Assembly (NCBI GenBank): GCA_043228905.1
Contig: JBHGNT010000014.1
Location: 11,346,001-11,410,000, forward strand
Reading direction: 5' to 3'
Source: Azolla caroliniana
Lineage: Eukaryota; Plantae; Polypodiophyta
DNA: 64,000 nucleotides
Below the pieces are notes generated by a model, which saw nothing but the letters and a program-made list of their open reading frames with translations, was not told the origin of the DNA and ran no database searches. Numbering within the stretch: position 1 is the stretch's first letter; each line of letters opens with the position of its first letter. This document shows positions 41,547 to 53,814 of the stretch, one piece after another. Position numbers and translations under genes: made by a program.

Positions 41547-41610
41547 TAGCTCAGTTGGTAAGGTTGCCCAATGGAGACCAGGTGGTCATGGGTTCAACCC
41601 CTACATTCCA
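41543..41610 (+). mobile_element. tRNA-derived sequence (SINE head or tRNA pseudogene)
   Basis: A-box TAGCTCAGTTGG and B-box GGTTCAACCCC; GATGTAG pairs with CTACATT(C). The anticodon arm is non-canonical. Confidence 0.6.
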
Positions 41611-41659
41611 TAGTGGCATCTAGTGAAATAGAGATATATATGAAGTATATAATAGAGAG

Positions 41660-41730
41660 GTGAGGAAATTGGGTTTCGAACCCAAGACACGGTGTTTGTA
41701 GTGTTATCGACTTACCACTAGGGTAAGCTA
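41660..41730 (-). mobile_element. Second degenerate tRNA-like sequence, convergent with the first
   Basis: Minus strand reads TACCCTAGTGGTAAG...TTGGGTTCGAAACCCAA (weak A-box, strong B-box/T-arm hairpin). Confidence 0.45.
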
Positions 41731-41769
41731 ATTACGATAAAAGAGAGAGAGAGAAATAGATAGATAGAT

Positions 41770-42150
41770 AATTTTAGTGTCCATAGAGAGGCCAATATTG
41801 ACTTATAAGAAAACCTAAGTACAACAGGGATATTCATACTTTGAAGCACCAAGTCTCGATGTGTGAATAAGGCCTTCTTGATGTTCTCTTTAGTGTGACA
41901 TTGAAGTCATCACCCCCTCTTAATATATCGTCATAGCTTTCACAAATTGCACTATACGTAGAGCATGTAAAAAGCGAGTGATACTCATCCTTTGATAGCC
42001 CTTCTGTGCATACCTTACATGGCTTTATATTTGGCTAAATCTGATTCCATAATGCAACTTCAATACCTAGGTCGTGTGATTGAGTGCAAAGGGGCTCTAC
42101 AAGAGTTAATACTCGTGTTAGTAATGAGGTGCAAAGAATCAGATATAATT
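41770..42150 (-). mobile_element. Short LINE 3' fragment, same family as 23280-25390 and 40515-41286
   Basis: Shares ATATCGTCATAGCTTTCACAAAT, CCCCCTCTTAATAT and the GAGGCCAA 3' UTR; (TAGA)n tail next to (GA)n. Confidence 0.7.
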
Positions 42151-42302
42151 CTGTGTAGTGGAAGAGATGTGTGTTATGTGTGTGTGTGTGTGGAAAGATG
42201 AGAGGAGAGGAGAGGAACACAAGATAGATAGATAAGAGAAATGAAGTACTCAAGAAGATGTATATTAACAAAGAGAATATCAAGTACAAAAATATAGCAT
42301 TA

Positions 42303-42640
42303 TGTTGAGTGATCAAGCTCAACTTACTTTACTTATTTAGTCAACCATGTAACTTCGTAGTTACCTAGATAGAATCTAGTTAGGAGTGTTGACTATAACA
42401 CCTCAAATAGGACCTTGTACTTAAGGTGGGATATTCTAGATCCTCCGCTCCTAAGTACATTTAATATAGGACTTACACCTTAGTACCTATATTCTACTCA
42501 CACATGTGCACCTTTGCACATGAGATGTATATATACCTCATTGTGGGTATTTTTGTATCTTGATGATGATAATGCTAATTTAATATAGAGTTAATCATCC
42601 CCCATTTTGTGTTGCTCATAAGTGTACTTCCATGCCACAC
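42303..42640 (+). mobile_element. Possible solo LTR (Copia-like)
   Basis: Starts TGTTGAGTGATCAAGCTCAAC, like other LTR starts in the window (46255, 63664, ~63953); has a TATA-like motif. Right end and TSD not established. Confidence 0.4.
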
Positions 42641-43640
42641 AATGCAAATGAAGTGAGCCCCCTTTACCTTCTATGTCAATTCAATGAGAGGCCTACAACA
42701 ACCTTGTTCAATATTGATGCTAATTTGATTGTGATCTCTTTCAAGAATTAGGTTGACCTCGGCTATTTGAGCTTTAATATTGCTAGTTCAAGTTGATAGA
42801 AACCTGACAAATAACATCGCCATACCCCCAAAAGCCTACATAAACAATGCGTGAATGGAAATAGAAAAAACTTGAGATTCAATAACATGACATGCCATGC
42901 AAACAAAGTTAGCCTCCTCTACCTCCCATGTCCAATCAATGAGATGATTGCAAAAACCTTAGTCAATACATACTTGTACTAGTTTGACGATGATTTGTTT
43001 CAAGAATTAGGTTGGCCTACACTATCCCAAATTTCACTAGTATTGCTAGGACAAGTTGATAGGTTTTAAGAACATCGAAGCCACCTATCTATATTTACTC
43101 TCACAAGGGGTTTGAACACAACCAAGAAAAACCATGATATGTACTCGTTAGAGTTGTGCTCCAAGGCATATCCAAGAAGAATGTTTTCTACAACAAGATT
43201 GGCACCAAAAAATCAAGTGTATTATCATGCCAAGCATTAGGTGATCCCTTTTTATTATTGTGATGACCTAAAATAAGTTTCACTCAAGGGGAACCTTAAT
43301 AACAAAGGCAAAGAGACAATGGTATTCAAATTTTTATGTGTAAGGAGATAATAGCCATGCACTGGAAAAAGCAAGGAACACCAATAGGTACAAAAGATAG
43401 ATAAATTTAACCAACCCACGAGTATAGGTGTACATACATCACCAAAACTTATGGGTGAGTCTAAATCATGAAAGAAAGTTGAATGGGTAAATATAGGCCA
43501 ATAAAGACCTTGTAACTATTTGGCAAGTTAATTAAAGAGAAATTACAACCATGTGTTACACAAAGGCAACAACCAGTTTTGGTTTCCCACCCATAGTCAA
43601 ATCCTCTTGTTGGACATTCAATGTGTTATAACATTATAAC

Positions 43641-44187
43641 CATAGATTGACATATTCGCATTCGTGGGGCCTTCCCTACAAATGCATATGAATGCGAATA
43701 TGAATACATTTACATATATTTGTTTCCCTTTTGTTTTCAAAACAAAATCGGTTTTTAAAAATGCTGGCCAACCAGCAAACAACAACGAATAGAAGGAAGC
43801 CTCACTCTACATCCTGTGCATGATGCTTACACCCTCACCTCCCCTTGCATCCTATTCTTGGTTTGCAAATTAGGATTTAACCCTAACTTCAGTCGGAACC
43901 TTAATTTCGAGCATATTTTCTCTTGTCGGCTTGCATCGCCTCCCTTTACATCCTCAACACAATGCCTACATCCTGTTCTCGGCATGCAAAGTCACGGTTT
44001 TGTTGAAACCCTATCAACTGAAACCCTAATTAATTAATGCTTTAATGAATTGATTAATTTTTTAGTGAATTAAATAATTTTTATTATATAAATTAAAAAC
44101 AAATGGTTTTATAATATTATTGGGGCCATTTCTCTCAAATATTACGAATATCATGAATGACGAATATCACTTATGTGTCAATCTATG
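43641..44187. mobile_element. hAT-type MITE
   Basis: Perfect 12 bp TIR CATAGATTGACA / TGTCAATCTATG and 8 bp TSD ATTATAAC (43633-43640, 44188-44195). Confidence 0.92.
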
Positions 44188-44449
44188 ATTATAACAATAA
44201 GTCGATGATCGATAGCCTATTACTATAAAGAGTTTGTGTATCAAATAACAAAGTGATTTTAGTAATATTGTATCCAATAGTTAGTATTAAGAGAAATGTA
44301 TTCAAGTACTTTTTTTTTCCACAAAAACATATTGCATTAGTATTAAGAAATGACCTAAGGTTTTACATGAAATATGTACATATAACTAATTATCCCTGTT
44401 TTTTTACCATGGTTAAATTCTAAGTATCAACTTAAATAAATACTTCATT

Positions 44450-45460
44450 GTACAGTAAAGCCACTCCACTTTGACAAAAAATTGTTTATAAAATATATCT
44501 TTGTCCCATCTAGAATGAAACCTCAAACATTCTAATTCTGCTTCTTGAGTTTGACCATTTATGTTATGCAAAGAACCTCTTAGATTTAGCACAATCTCTA
44601 TGTAAATCCCAATATTAAATGTTTGAGTAGGCCTTTCTATCATATTTTGAAATTTGGACCACCTTCAAGCACTCACCCTTCCAAATATACCAAATCATAA
44701 TACAACTAACCAATTGTCTTATTTCAATAGTCGTTATTTGTGGATTTAGGGGTATAGTTGTTTTTTGCATTAGACCATGTCTCGTAGAAAGAACATCCAC
44801 AATATCCTCTTGGCCAATACAACATTGATTGCCCTTGTACAACCACCCATAATAATGCCTCCCCATGTATACACTGCTTGAGGATATATTGGTATTAATA
44901 GGTTTAAGATTCTTTTCCATTTTTCCATTTGTAGTTGGTTCTTCCTTGACCTAACACATAATAGTTTCTTACCAATCTTCACAAAATATTGAAAAAAGCA
45001 CTTGTTTGATTTGATATTGAAACAACACTTTCCAATAAATTTCACCAAGGTCCCATTTAAACCTAGACACTAGTCTCCATTCAATAATCCAAAACATCCA
45101 TAAGAGATTCACCTTCCATGTATCTAGATCTCAAACTAGTTTGATCCAACATTTCATACCACCCTCACTTCTTTTGGTAAACAAAAACAAAACAACCGAG
45201 TTTCTATGTGTGTGTTTGTAATTTAACCTACCATCATCATGTACATCAAAAGTCATGAAACCTTCTACTTTAGTGTATACTTTTACTCTAATCCAAACAT
45301 CTAATGGAGTAAGAAATGTGAACAAGTGGTTGACGCAACCTGTGTGCTTTTATAACAATGTGCATGAATGGTGCAATAAATACGGTTGCCCATCCATTCT
45401 TGGTTTCTTGATTAAAAATTACCAACAATACACACATTGTTTAGTTGGACCTAGATAAAG
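44450..45460 (-). mobile_element. Highly degenerate L1-like LINE remnant
   Basis: Fragments such as RQLVSCIMIWYIWK and F..RW resemble the LINE C-terminus at 27570. Confidence 0.5.
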
Positions 45461-45486
45461 GAGGATGTGATGTCGTTTGAGGAGAT

Positions 45487-46254
45487 TGTAAAAGAATAAT
45501 GTATGCAGAAGCTTGTACAAAAGACACAACCGGCTAGCTAGAGTCCAAACACTAGAAGACAGCTAGGTAAAACACAGAGATGGAGAATACACACAGAGAG
45601 AAGATCGAGTTTGCAGACAACAAGAAAAAATTCTATTCAAAATGTTCTCAGTACATACAATGTGCTTAATGAGCACTTTTTATACAAGCCTTGATAGGGG
45701 TTGACACAAGTACTGACAAGTACTTTAATGCTCACATAAGAGCATTTGACACTGATTGTACCTAATATTCCCATAACTAAGAATAGGAATAAAGGCCTCT
45801 AACGGCACGTCGGCTCTCCCAACCGATCAGGTATGCGGCCTCCAATTGATCTTCCCAACTGATCCTTTAACTGGTCCGACTTCATGTTAGGCTTGTCTCT
45901 CAACATTCCTCCTCAAGCTCAACTTGAGGTTACTCTTGTTGCTCTATTGGTTCTTTGCCTCGGCTCCTTCTACCAGCTTGCCTCCTAGCCTGTGCTCCAC
46001 GACCCGTCCGGTGGACTTTTCTACTCCCAAGGCCCACGAAGGCCTTCTCCTTGCCTCTACGGATTTGGCGCCCTTCGACCCGTTGGCTCCTCCATATCGG
46101 CATCGTCTTCGGCTATCTCCTCATTCGTTTGGCCTTCATGTGATTTGGCTTGTCTGAATCATTCCTCTCATCCGAATCGGCTGTCTTCGATTAATCTTCA
46201 ATCTAGCCTTTGGCTATCTTAGCCCAAGACTTCTCGGCTCTCCCAATGTGTTTG
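45487..46254 (-). mobile_element. 3' LTR (45487-45905) plus PPT and 3' internal tail of an older minus-strand Copia; the tail continues at 52043-52150 beyond the nested element
   Basis: TG...CA boundaries. Minus strand CCTCAAGTTGAGCTTGAGGAGGAA|TGTTGAG matches the PPT/LTR junction of the 46255 element. Confidence 0.75.
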
Positions 46255-49200
46255 TGTTGAGCGGCAAGCTCAACCGGAGCCGGATCGGCTGAATAAGCCG
46301 GAGCCGGTAAGCGAGACGGATCAGGCGAAACGGATCGGTATGACGGTGAGCAACCGAACCGGCAAGGAGTGGAGGCCGGGTGCAATCCATAATCGGCAGT
46401 CCAATTGGAAGCCTAGAATAGGATAGACTACTAGGTATCTATAGTCTCGTAGTAAGTGTCAGATGCTCGTGTGAGCATTGAAGTACATGGTACTTCTGTC
46501 AGTCCCAAGAGGACTTGTATAAGTAGTGCTACTTAGCACAGTGTGTATACAGAGTCTTGATATAATTTTGAAATTACGTTCTGCTCTCTTTGTCTCTCTG
46601 TCTCTCTGTCTCTCTGTCTCTCTGTCTCTGTTGTTCTCTGTTTTACGCTTCCGCAAACACTCACGTTTACATGGTATCAGAGCGCGAGGGTTGAGAACCT
46701 CTGCTGCAGACATTTAACTCTTGAGAAGAAAACCCTAACAGGTCGAAAACAGACACAGTAGAAGACATGGATAGAGGAATGGCTACGTCGCTCCCGGTGG
46801 AGAAGCTCGACAGGAGCAACTACGTATCCTGGTCTTACAAGATGCACCAGTACCTGCTTGGACACGGGTACTGGAGTTATGTCGAAGGAGCGAATGATGC
46901 GGCACCCGACTCGGCACACAAGGACTTCCCGGTATGGGAACAGACGACAAGCAGGGTGATGTACTGCTTCGCGTCTAGTGTCGGCGATCAACTGCTCAGC
47001 CACATCTGTGACGCCAAGACACCGAAGGATGCTTGGGGGAACTTGAAAAAGGTTTTCGCCGCAAGCACCACTGCCCGGAAGCTACAACTCAGACAGGAGT
47101 TGAGCAATGTTCGACAGAAGAACATGTCCGTGGCAGACTACACGGGCCGGATAAAGGAGATCTGCGACTCGCTCGCCTCTATCAATGTTACCGTAGAGGA
47201 AGACGAGATGGTGCAGGTATGTCTCGGAGGCCTGGCGTCCAAGTTCAGAGCGTTCCGGACTGCGGTGTGTACAAGGGAGAATACCCCCTCATTCTTCGAC
47301 TTACAGTCGATGCTCCTTGTAGAGGAGAACCACGCCGGTGCATCTACCAGTGCATCCCCGGACAGCCGGATGCTGTACATGGGAACGGATCGGCACTGTG
47401 GGCGTGGTGGAAGAGGTGGGTCGGCACGCAATGGAGGCGGCCGGCAAGAGCAGGAATGGAGGCACTATGAGTGTGCCGACAACAGTTCCGGGACTTCCAC
47501 AAGCAGGGGGAGTCAAGGCGGTGCCAGAGGCCGGCAAGACAAATCCGCTACGGAATGCTGGTACTGTGGCAAAAAAGGCCACAGGGAAAGCGAGTGTTGG
47601 AGAAAGCGTGCCGATTCAGACAAATCCGGATCCGGCAAGACCAGTAAGGATGGCCGGCAAAACTCGCACTATGTAAACGGATCAGGAGGATCCGGAACCG
47701 GAAAGGCCGGTAAGGGGCTAGCCTTGGTGATGAATCACAAGGCAAACTCAATGAAGAAGACCACTTCCGAAAAACGGAGGAAGTGTGGTATGTTGATTCC
47801 GGCGCGTCGAACCACATGACGAGCCACAAAGAGTGGTTCTCCTTTCTGGAGAAACCGGATCAACCAGGAGTAGTCGAAACCGGAGACGACACTCCTCACC
47901 CAATTGTGCACGTCGGAGAAGTCCCTCTAAGCCACGTCGGACAGAAAGGGAAGCTGATGAACGTATTACACGTTCCGACAATCACGAAGAACCTGGTGTC
48001 CGTCGGTCAGATTGTCGACCAGGGGATGTAGGTGCGGTTTACGCACCTCGGGTGCTTCATTGAAGATGAGGGCGAAGTCATTGCGCAAGGGCGCAAAGAC
48101 GAGAGGATGTTTATCCTCAACACCAATGACATTGGCACCGCTCTGTTCGCGAAACGACAGAAGGTCGAGTCAGACATCGACCTATGGCACAAGCGGATAG
48201 GCCACGTCAACTATCGGAGGCTTCAAGACCTGCAAACGAAACAAGTCGTTTTCGGTTTGCCAAAGTTCAGTGGCCGGAGAGCCGAAATTTGTGAAGCCTG
48301 CCAACTTGGGAAGCAACACCGGCTTCCATTCCCCACCAAACGGAACTGGAGCCGTAACAAGGTCAATCTCATCCATTCGGATGTGTGGGGACCGGCACAA
48401 AGTGTAAGCCTTGGCGGGAGCCGGTACTTCGTTTCCTTCATCGACGACTATACTCGACATACTTGGATCTACCTCATTGAGCGGAAGAGCGAAGTCTTCG
48501 ACTGTTTCCGGAGCCTCCAGAAGATGGTGGAATGGGAATCGGAGAGGAAGATCAAATGCCTTCGGTCGGATGACGGAAAGGAATATTTTTCCGGCCAATT
48601 CACTAGTTATCTGCAACAGAAGGGAATTCGGCGAGAGTTCAGCTGCAGATACACACCGGAGCAAAACGGTGTGGCCGAAAGGAAGAACCGGACACTCGTC
48701 GAAGCGGCAAGGACAATGCTGGAGGAGAAGAGCATGCCCCGGTTCTACTGGGCGGAGGCGGTCCAGACGGCCGTCTACATACAAAACCGCATTGGTGACA
48801 AGGTGTCAGCTCATGAGCTGTATTTCGGGCGCAAGCCGAACTTAAGACACCTTCGGATATTCGGCAGCCTAGCGTATGTGCATTTGCCGGATCAGAAGCG
48901 GAGGAAGCTGGATGCAAAATCGGAAAAATGCATCCTAGTCGGCTATGCTCAAGAGCAAAAGGGGTATAAGTGCTATAACCCCCGGACGAAGGAAGCCCGA
49001 GTTAGCCGGGATGTCGAGTTCGATGAATCGGCATCTTGGTACTCCGTACCGACTCCGACTTTCGATCCCGACCGAATGCCGGAAGATCAGGCCAGTGAGC
49101 CTGAATTAGCCTTGGAAGAGGATGATGAAGCCGGGACTCAAGATGAGAGTCCGGAATCGTTGCGGTTGAGTGGACCGAACGAGCGACTGAGTCGGTTGGA

Positions 49201-52042
49201 CCAGTCAGATGAAGAGACGGCAAGTGGTGGAGACTCTGCCGTGCTCTCCCCGCGCAAGGAACTGAGGAAACGGTTCACGCGCAAAGAGAAGGGGAAGAGG
49301 AAGATGCCGGAATTCGAAACCGGCAACGATCAGTCGGATCGGTGCGTATCCGACTCCAGAAAGGAGAAAGGCAGATCTTCGGCAACGAAGACCGAACTGG
49401 CCAAGAAGGGCCTCAAATCAGGTGACGGTGCGTTGCGCCGATCAACCCGCCAGAAGGATCCCGTCATACGGTACGGGTACAATGAATACACGGTGCATCA
49501 TTATGCGTACATGACTAAGGTGACAGAAGTGCGTGAGTCGGAGAGCTACGCAGAAGCGGCAAAAGACGCAAATTGGCGTGCCGCTATGGACGAAGAAATG
49601 CAGGCACTCGATGCCAACGAAACTTGGGACCTAGTTGATCCTCCCCGTCACTGTAAACCGATCAGATGCAAGTGGGTGTACAAGGTCAAGTACAATGCCG
49701 ACGGTTCTGTTAACCGGTACAAAGCCCGGTTAGTGGCGAAGGGATACGCGCAGACCCACGGAATCGACTACGACGAGACCTTCGCTCCTGTGGCGAAGAT
49801 GACGACGGTTTGTGTGGTACTGGCGGTTGCTGCGGCAAGGGGGTGGCATCTTCACCAGATGGATGTGAAGAACGCCTTCCTTCAAGGAGAGCTTGAAGAA
49901 GAAGTCTTTATGACTCAGCCCCCCGGATTTCAATCGGAGATGAACAAATCGGCGGTATGCCGACTGAAGAAGTCGCTTTATGGCTTGAAGCAAGCCCCCC
50001 GAGCTTGGAATGCGAAGATCACGCACCGGTTGCGTAATCTGGGGTTTGCTGTCTCTAAGTCGGACTCTTCGTTGTTCATCCGGCAAGGCTCTGACGGTCC
50101 GGTATGTATACTCTTGTATGTGGATGATTTAGTCATCACCGGACCAGGTCTTCCCGAATTCAACCGCGTCAAGTCCCAGTTGTCGGACGCATTCAAAATG
50201 AAGGACCTGGGGGACCTTCATTATTTTCTTGGGATCGAAGTGATTCGGACCCCTGACGGCATATTGCTCTCACAACGACATTACGTGTTGAATATGCTGT
50301 ATAAGTTCGGCATGACGGATTGCCGACCTGTCTCCACACCCCTGGACTGGAACCAGAAGCTCCCTCCCAACTCCGGACCGGCCTGCAATGAGAAACGGTT
50401 CCGACAGGTTGTCGGAAGCCCGATCTACTTAACCATCACCCGACCCGACATTAGCTATCCGGTCGGCATGGTAAGTCAGTTCATGCAGAAGCCGACCGTG
50501 GAGCACCTTCAGTGCGCGCAACGAATATTACAGTATGTCAGCGGCACTAAAGACCGGGGTCTGCTATACCGGCGAGGTATACCCGAAGAGCTTGTCGGTT
50601 ACACAGATGCTGACTGGGCCGGCGATGCGTCTGATCGCCGCTCCACTTCCGGATACATGTTCTCCATAAGTAGCGTGGCCGTTGCGTCGAGCAGCAAGAA
50701 GCAGCCCACAATGGCTTTGTCAAGCACTGAGGCTGAGTACCGGGCCGCTACCATTGCCACTTGTGAAGCCATCTGGCTTCGGCGACTGCTGCGAGACTTG
50801 CGGATCGAGGTGCCGACCCCGATCCCGATTTACTGCGATAACATGAGCAGCCTGCAACTCGCCAGGAACCCTGTGTTCCATGCTCGCACAAAGCACATCG
50901 AGGTGCACTACCACTTCGTGCGTGAGCGGGTCCTGAGCGGTGAAGTTGACCTACGGTATGTTCATACAGATCGGCAAGTTGCCGACATCTTCACCAAACC
51001 GCTCGGATCGGACAAGTTGCAGCACTTTACCGACATGCTTGGTATTCAGCATCTCGACGTGCCGCACTTGAGGGGGAGAAGCAAGGGCAAAGTCTCTACC
51101 GGTACTGACCATGAGGCGGAGTCAAATGAAGAATTCGATTTCGGTTCATCGGCTGAAGAAGCCGAGGGAAGCATGGAGAAGGCCAAGACTCGGAAGTGGT
51201 CCGATGTGGTGAGAGGCCTGAAGCCGGAAGTCGAATTGGAGTGTACCGATTCGGACAAGAGCTGGAACGAGTCGGAGACAGCTGACTCGGATCAACAGAT
51301 GGATCCGGATGAGTCGGATCGACTGAAGGCCAAGGGGACATGGACACAGCGGAAGTCGATGCCATCGTGGGAGAACCGACGGATCGGCAAGCGCCGGAGT
51401 CACAGTAACGTGAGTGCTGAGATGGGCCTATTGAGCAGATATGCCGACCGAGAGGGTCGAGGCGCGCAGAACCAAAGGGGTTGCGGCAAACGGGACCGGA
51501 CCGGACGAGGAGCGCGAGCAAGGCGGAGTGACGCCAGGAGGAGTCGGTTGAAAGAACCGACTGCCACAGAGGTCGACACTACGACCCCACCTCAGGTTGA
51601 GCTTGAGGGGGAGTGTTGAGCGGCAAGCTCAACCGGAGCCGGATCGGCTGAATAAGCCGGAGCCGGTAAGCGAGACGGATCGGGCGAAACGGATCGGTAT
51701 GACGGTGAGCAACCGAACCGGCAAGCAGTGGAGGCCGGGTGCAATCCGTAATCGGCAGTCCAATTGGAAGCCTAGAATAGGATAGACTACTAGGTATCTA
51801 TAGTCTCGTAGTAAGTGTCAGATGCTCGTGTGAGCATTGAAGTACATGGTACTTCTGTCAGTCCCAAGAGGACTTGTATAAGTAGTGCTACTTAGCACAG
51901 TGTGTATACAGAGTCTTGATATAATTTTGAAATTACGTTCTGCTCTCTTTGTCTCTCTGTCTCTCTGTCTCTCTGTCTCTCTGTCTGTCTCTCTCTCTCT
52001 GTTGTTCTCTGTTTTACGCTTCCGCAAACACTCACGTTTACA
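46255..52042 (+). mobile_element. Full-length, recently inserted Ty1/Copia LTR retrotransposon
   Basis: 5' LTR 46255-46671 and 3' LTR 51614-52042 (TG...CA; about 3 substitutions plus a microsatellite length difference); PBS TGGTATCAGAGC (tRNA-iMet) at 46672; PPT GAGGGGGAG at 51605-51613; 5 bp TSD GTTTG on both sides. Confidence 0.97.
46767..51619 (+). pseudogene. Copia gag-pol (Gag CCHC, PR, IN, RT, RNase H) with a frameshift near 47770 and a premature TAG at ~48028
   Basis: CWYCGKKGHRESEC; WYVDSGASNHM; HKRIGH...CEAC; HSDVWGP; QNGVAERKNR; YKARLVAKG; HQMDVKNAFL; LYVDD; DADWAG; TKHIEVHYHFVRE. Confidence 0.95.
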
Positions 52043-52150
52043 GTTTGGCTGGCTCAGGCTCGACCATTCCGCTACTCCTGTCCGATCTCCTTTGGTCGGC
52101 GGGTCCTTCTGTTGGCATAAAAGGCCGACTCCTTCCACTTTGTATCCTAA

Positions 52151-53810
52151 TGTGAACATGTCCAAATAGTTAGGGCTTAGTATATAAGCAATAACCTAAT
52201 GTTGTAACATGAGCTGCTCTTGATCATCTTGTATATTGTGAGTCTCTAAGAGAGAGAAAACATAGAATAACAAGAATCACCATTGAAGCTTAACTTCTTG
52301 TCTATCTACTCTTGCCACATATATGTGTATGTTGTTTACTATGCATAACCGACAGGTCCTCAAATGTTCTTCCGCCCATATCAACTCACAACTGGTATTA
52401 GAGCGACCTGTTGTTCAGCGGCAACGAAACAACAAAAAGAACTTAAGGAAATGACCAAGTCGGTAAAAAAATCTCACTTTCAAAACAGAATATGGCGTCA
52501 ACATTCGGTATAGGAGTTGAATTCCAAAAGTTCGATGGCAAAAACTTTGCCCTATAGAAGAAAATGATGCAGGATGTGCTGATCATTAGAAGACAAGTCA
52601 AAGCTATTCAACATGATGAAAAACCCGCTATGATGTCAGCTGAAGAGTGGAGATCATTAGACGAAATTGCGCGCTCCACCATCCAAATGCATTTGGCCAA
52701 GAATGTCTCCTTCAACATGGCTAAGGAGACAACAACCTTCTCGTTATGGGAGAAGTCGCAAGCAGTGTAAGAAAAGAAGTCCTTGTCAAAACTCATATTG
52801 ATTTGACAACTATTCAATATGAAGATGAGTGAGTCGGATCCTGCAACCTCCCACATCGACACACCTTCAAGCAGGTGTTGTTTGAACTCTCCTCCCAAGC
52901 GATTAACTTCGAAGAAGAAGTTAAAGCCCTTGCCCTCCTATTGAGCTTGCCAGTGAGTTGGGAGGTATTCTACACGATATTCGCCAATAACTATCCGATC
53001 CTAAATCTAGATGAGACGATCGGCCAAATCCTCATCGAGGATATTCGACGAAAATCGATGAGACTCACCATCAACGAATCGGTAGAAGCAAACCACTCGA
53101 CTGACCGAGTCGATCGAAAGAAGAAGCCAACAAAATTGGTCGGAATACCAATCGGTCAAGAACAAGGGGAAACCGATAGCGGTCGAAGTCGAGAAATAGC
53201 TGACCAGACGATTTCTATACTCATTATAGAAAAGCTGGTCACAATGTTTTCTGACAACTGGTCAATCATGAGAAAGGAGAGTGGTCAGTGATCCGAGCGG
53301 AATCGAAGACGAACCGACTCGAACCACTCTCCTGTTGACAACCAAGTCAATGTTGCCGACACCCGATCGGGAGAAATCCTCTCCTTAGAGGACTCGGTGA
53401 TTGGAGAAGTCCTCTACAATGCACAAGATGCACATATGTGGTTGCTGGACTCTGGCGCCACATTTCTTGTAACCTCAAACATCGAATGGTTTTCGAACTA
53501 TTCGGTCAGCGCCAATGGCACAATCCAACTAGGTAATGGGCAGGAGTGCAGAATCGCAAGAATTGGTGAAGTACCAATTCAACTGTCAAATGGCAACGCG
53601 ATAGTCCTGCACCAAGTTCGGCATGTACCCACATTGAAAAGGAGTCTGGTCTCCATCAATATGTTACTTGAAGAAGGGTACATAACAACTTTGAGCGAGT
53701 TGACATGGATGATCAACCGTGGAAACCTCAAAATTGGAAGTGGACACATGTACAACAACTTGTACCCAATGATGGCGATCAATCCAGAAGGGGTCGTGAA
53801 TGTAACCGAA
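52151..53810 (+). mobile_element. Truncated Copia of a second lineage: LTR (~52151-52390), PBS, degenerate gag and protease
   Basis: PBS TGGTATTAGAGC at 52393; KFDGKNF, ARSTIQMHL, KALALLLSLP.SWE and WLLDSGATF motifs; breaks off near 53810. Confidence 0.8.
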
Positions 53811-53814
53811 CCCC

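Noticed and set aside
47760-47790. Programmed gag-pol frameshift in the young Copia
   Set aside because: The related copy at ~55700-55745 keeps KANSM...EVWY in one frame, so this is a 2 nt insertion mutation.
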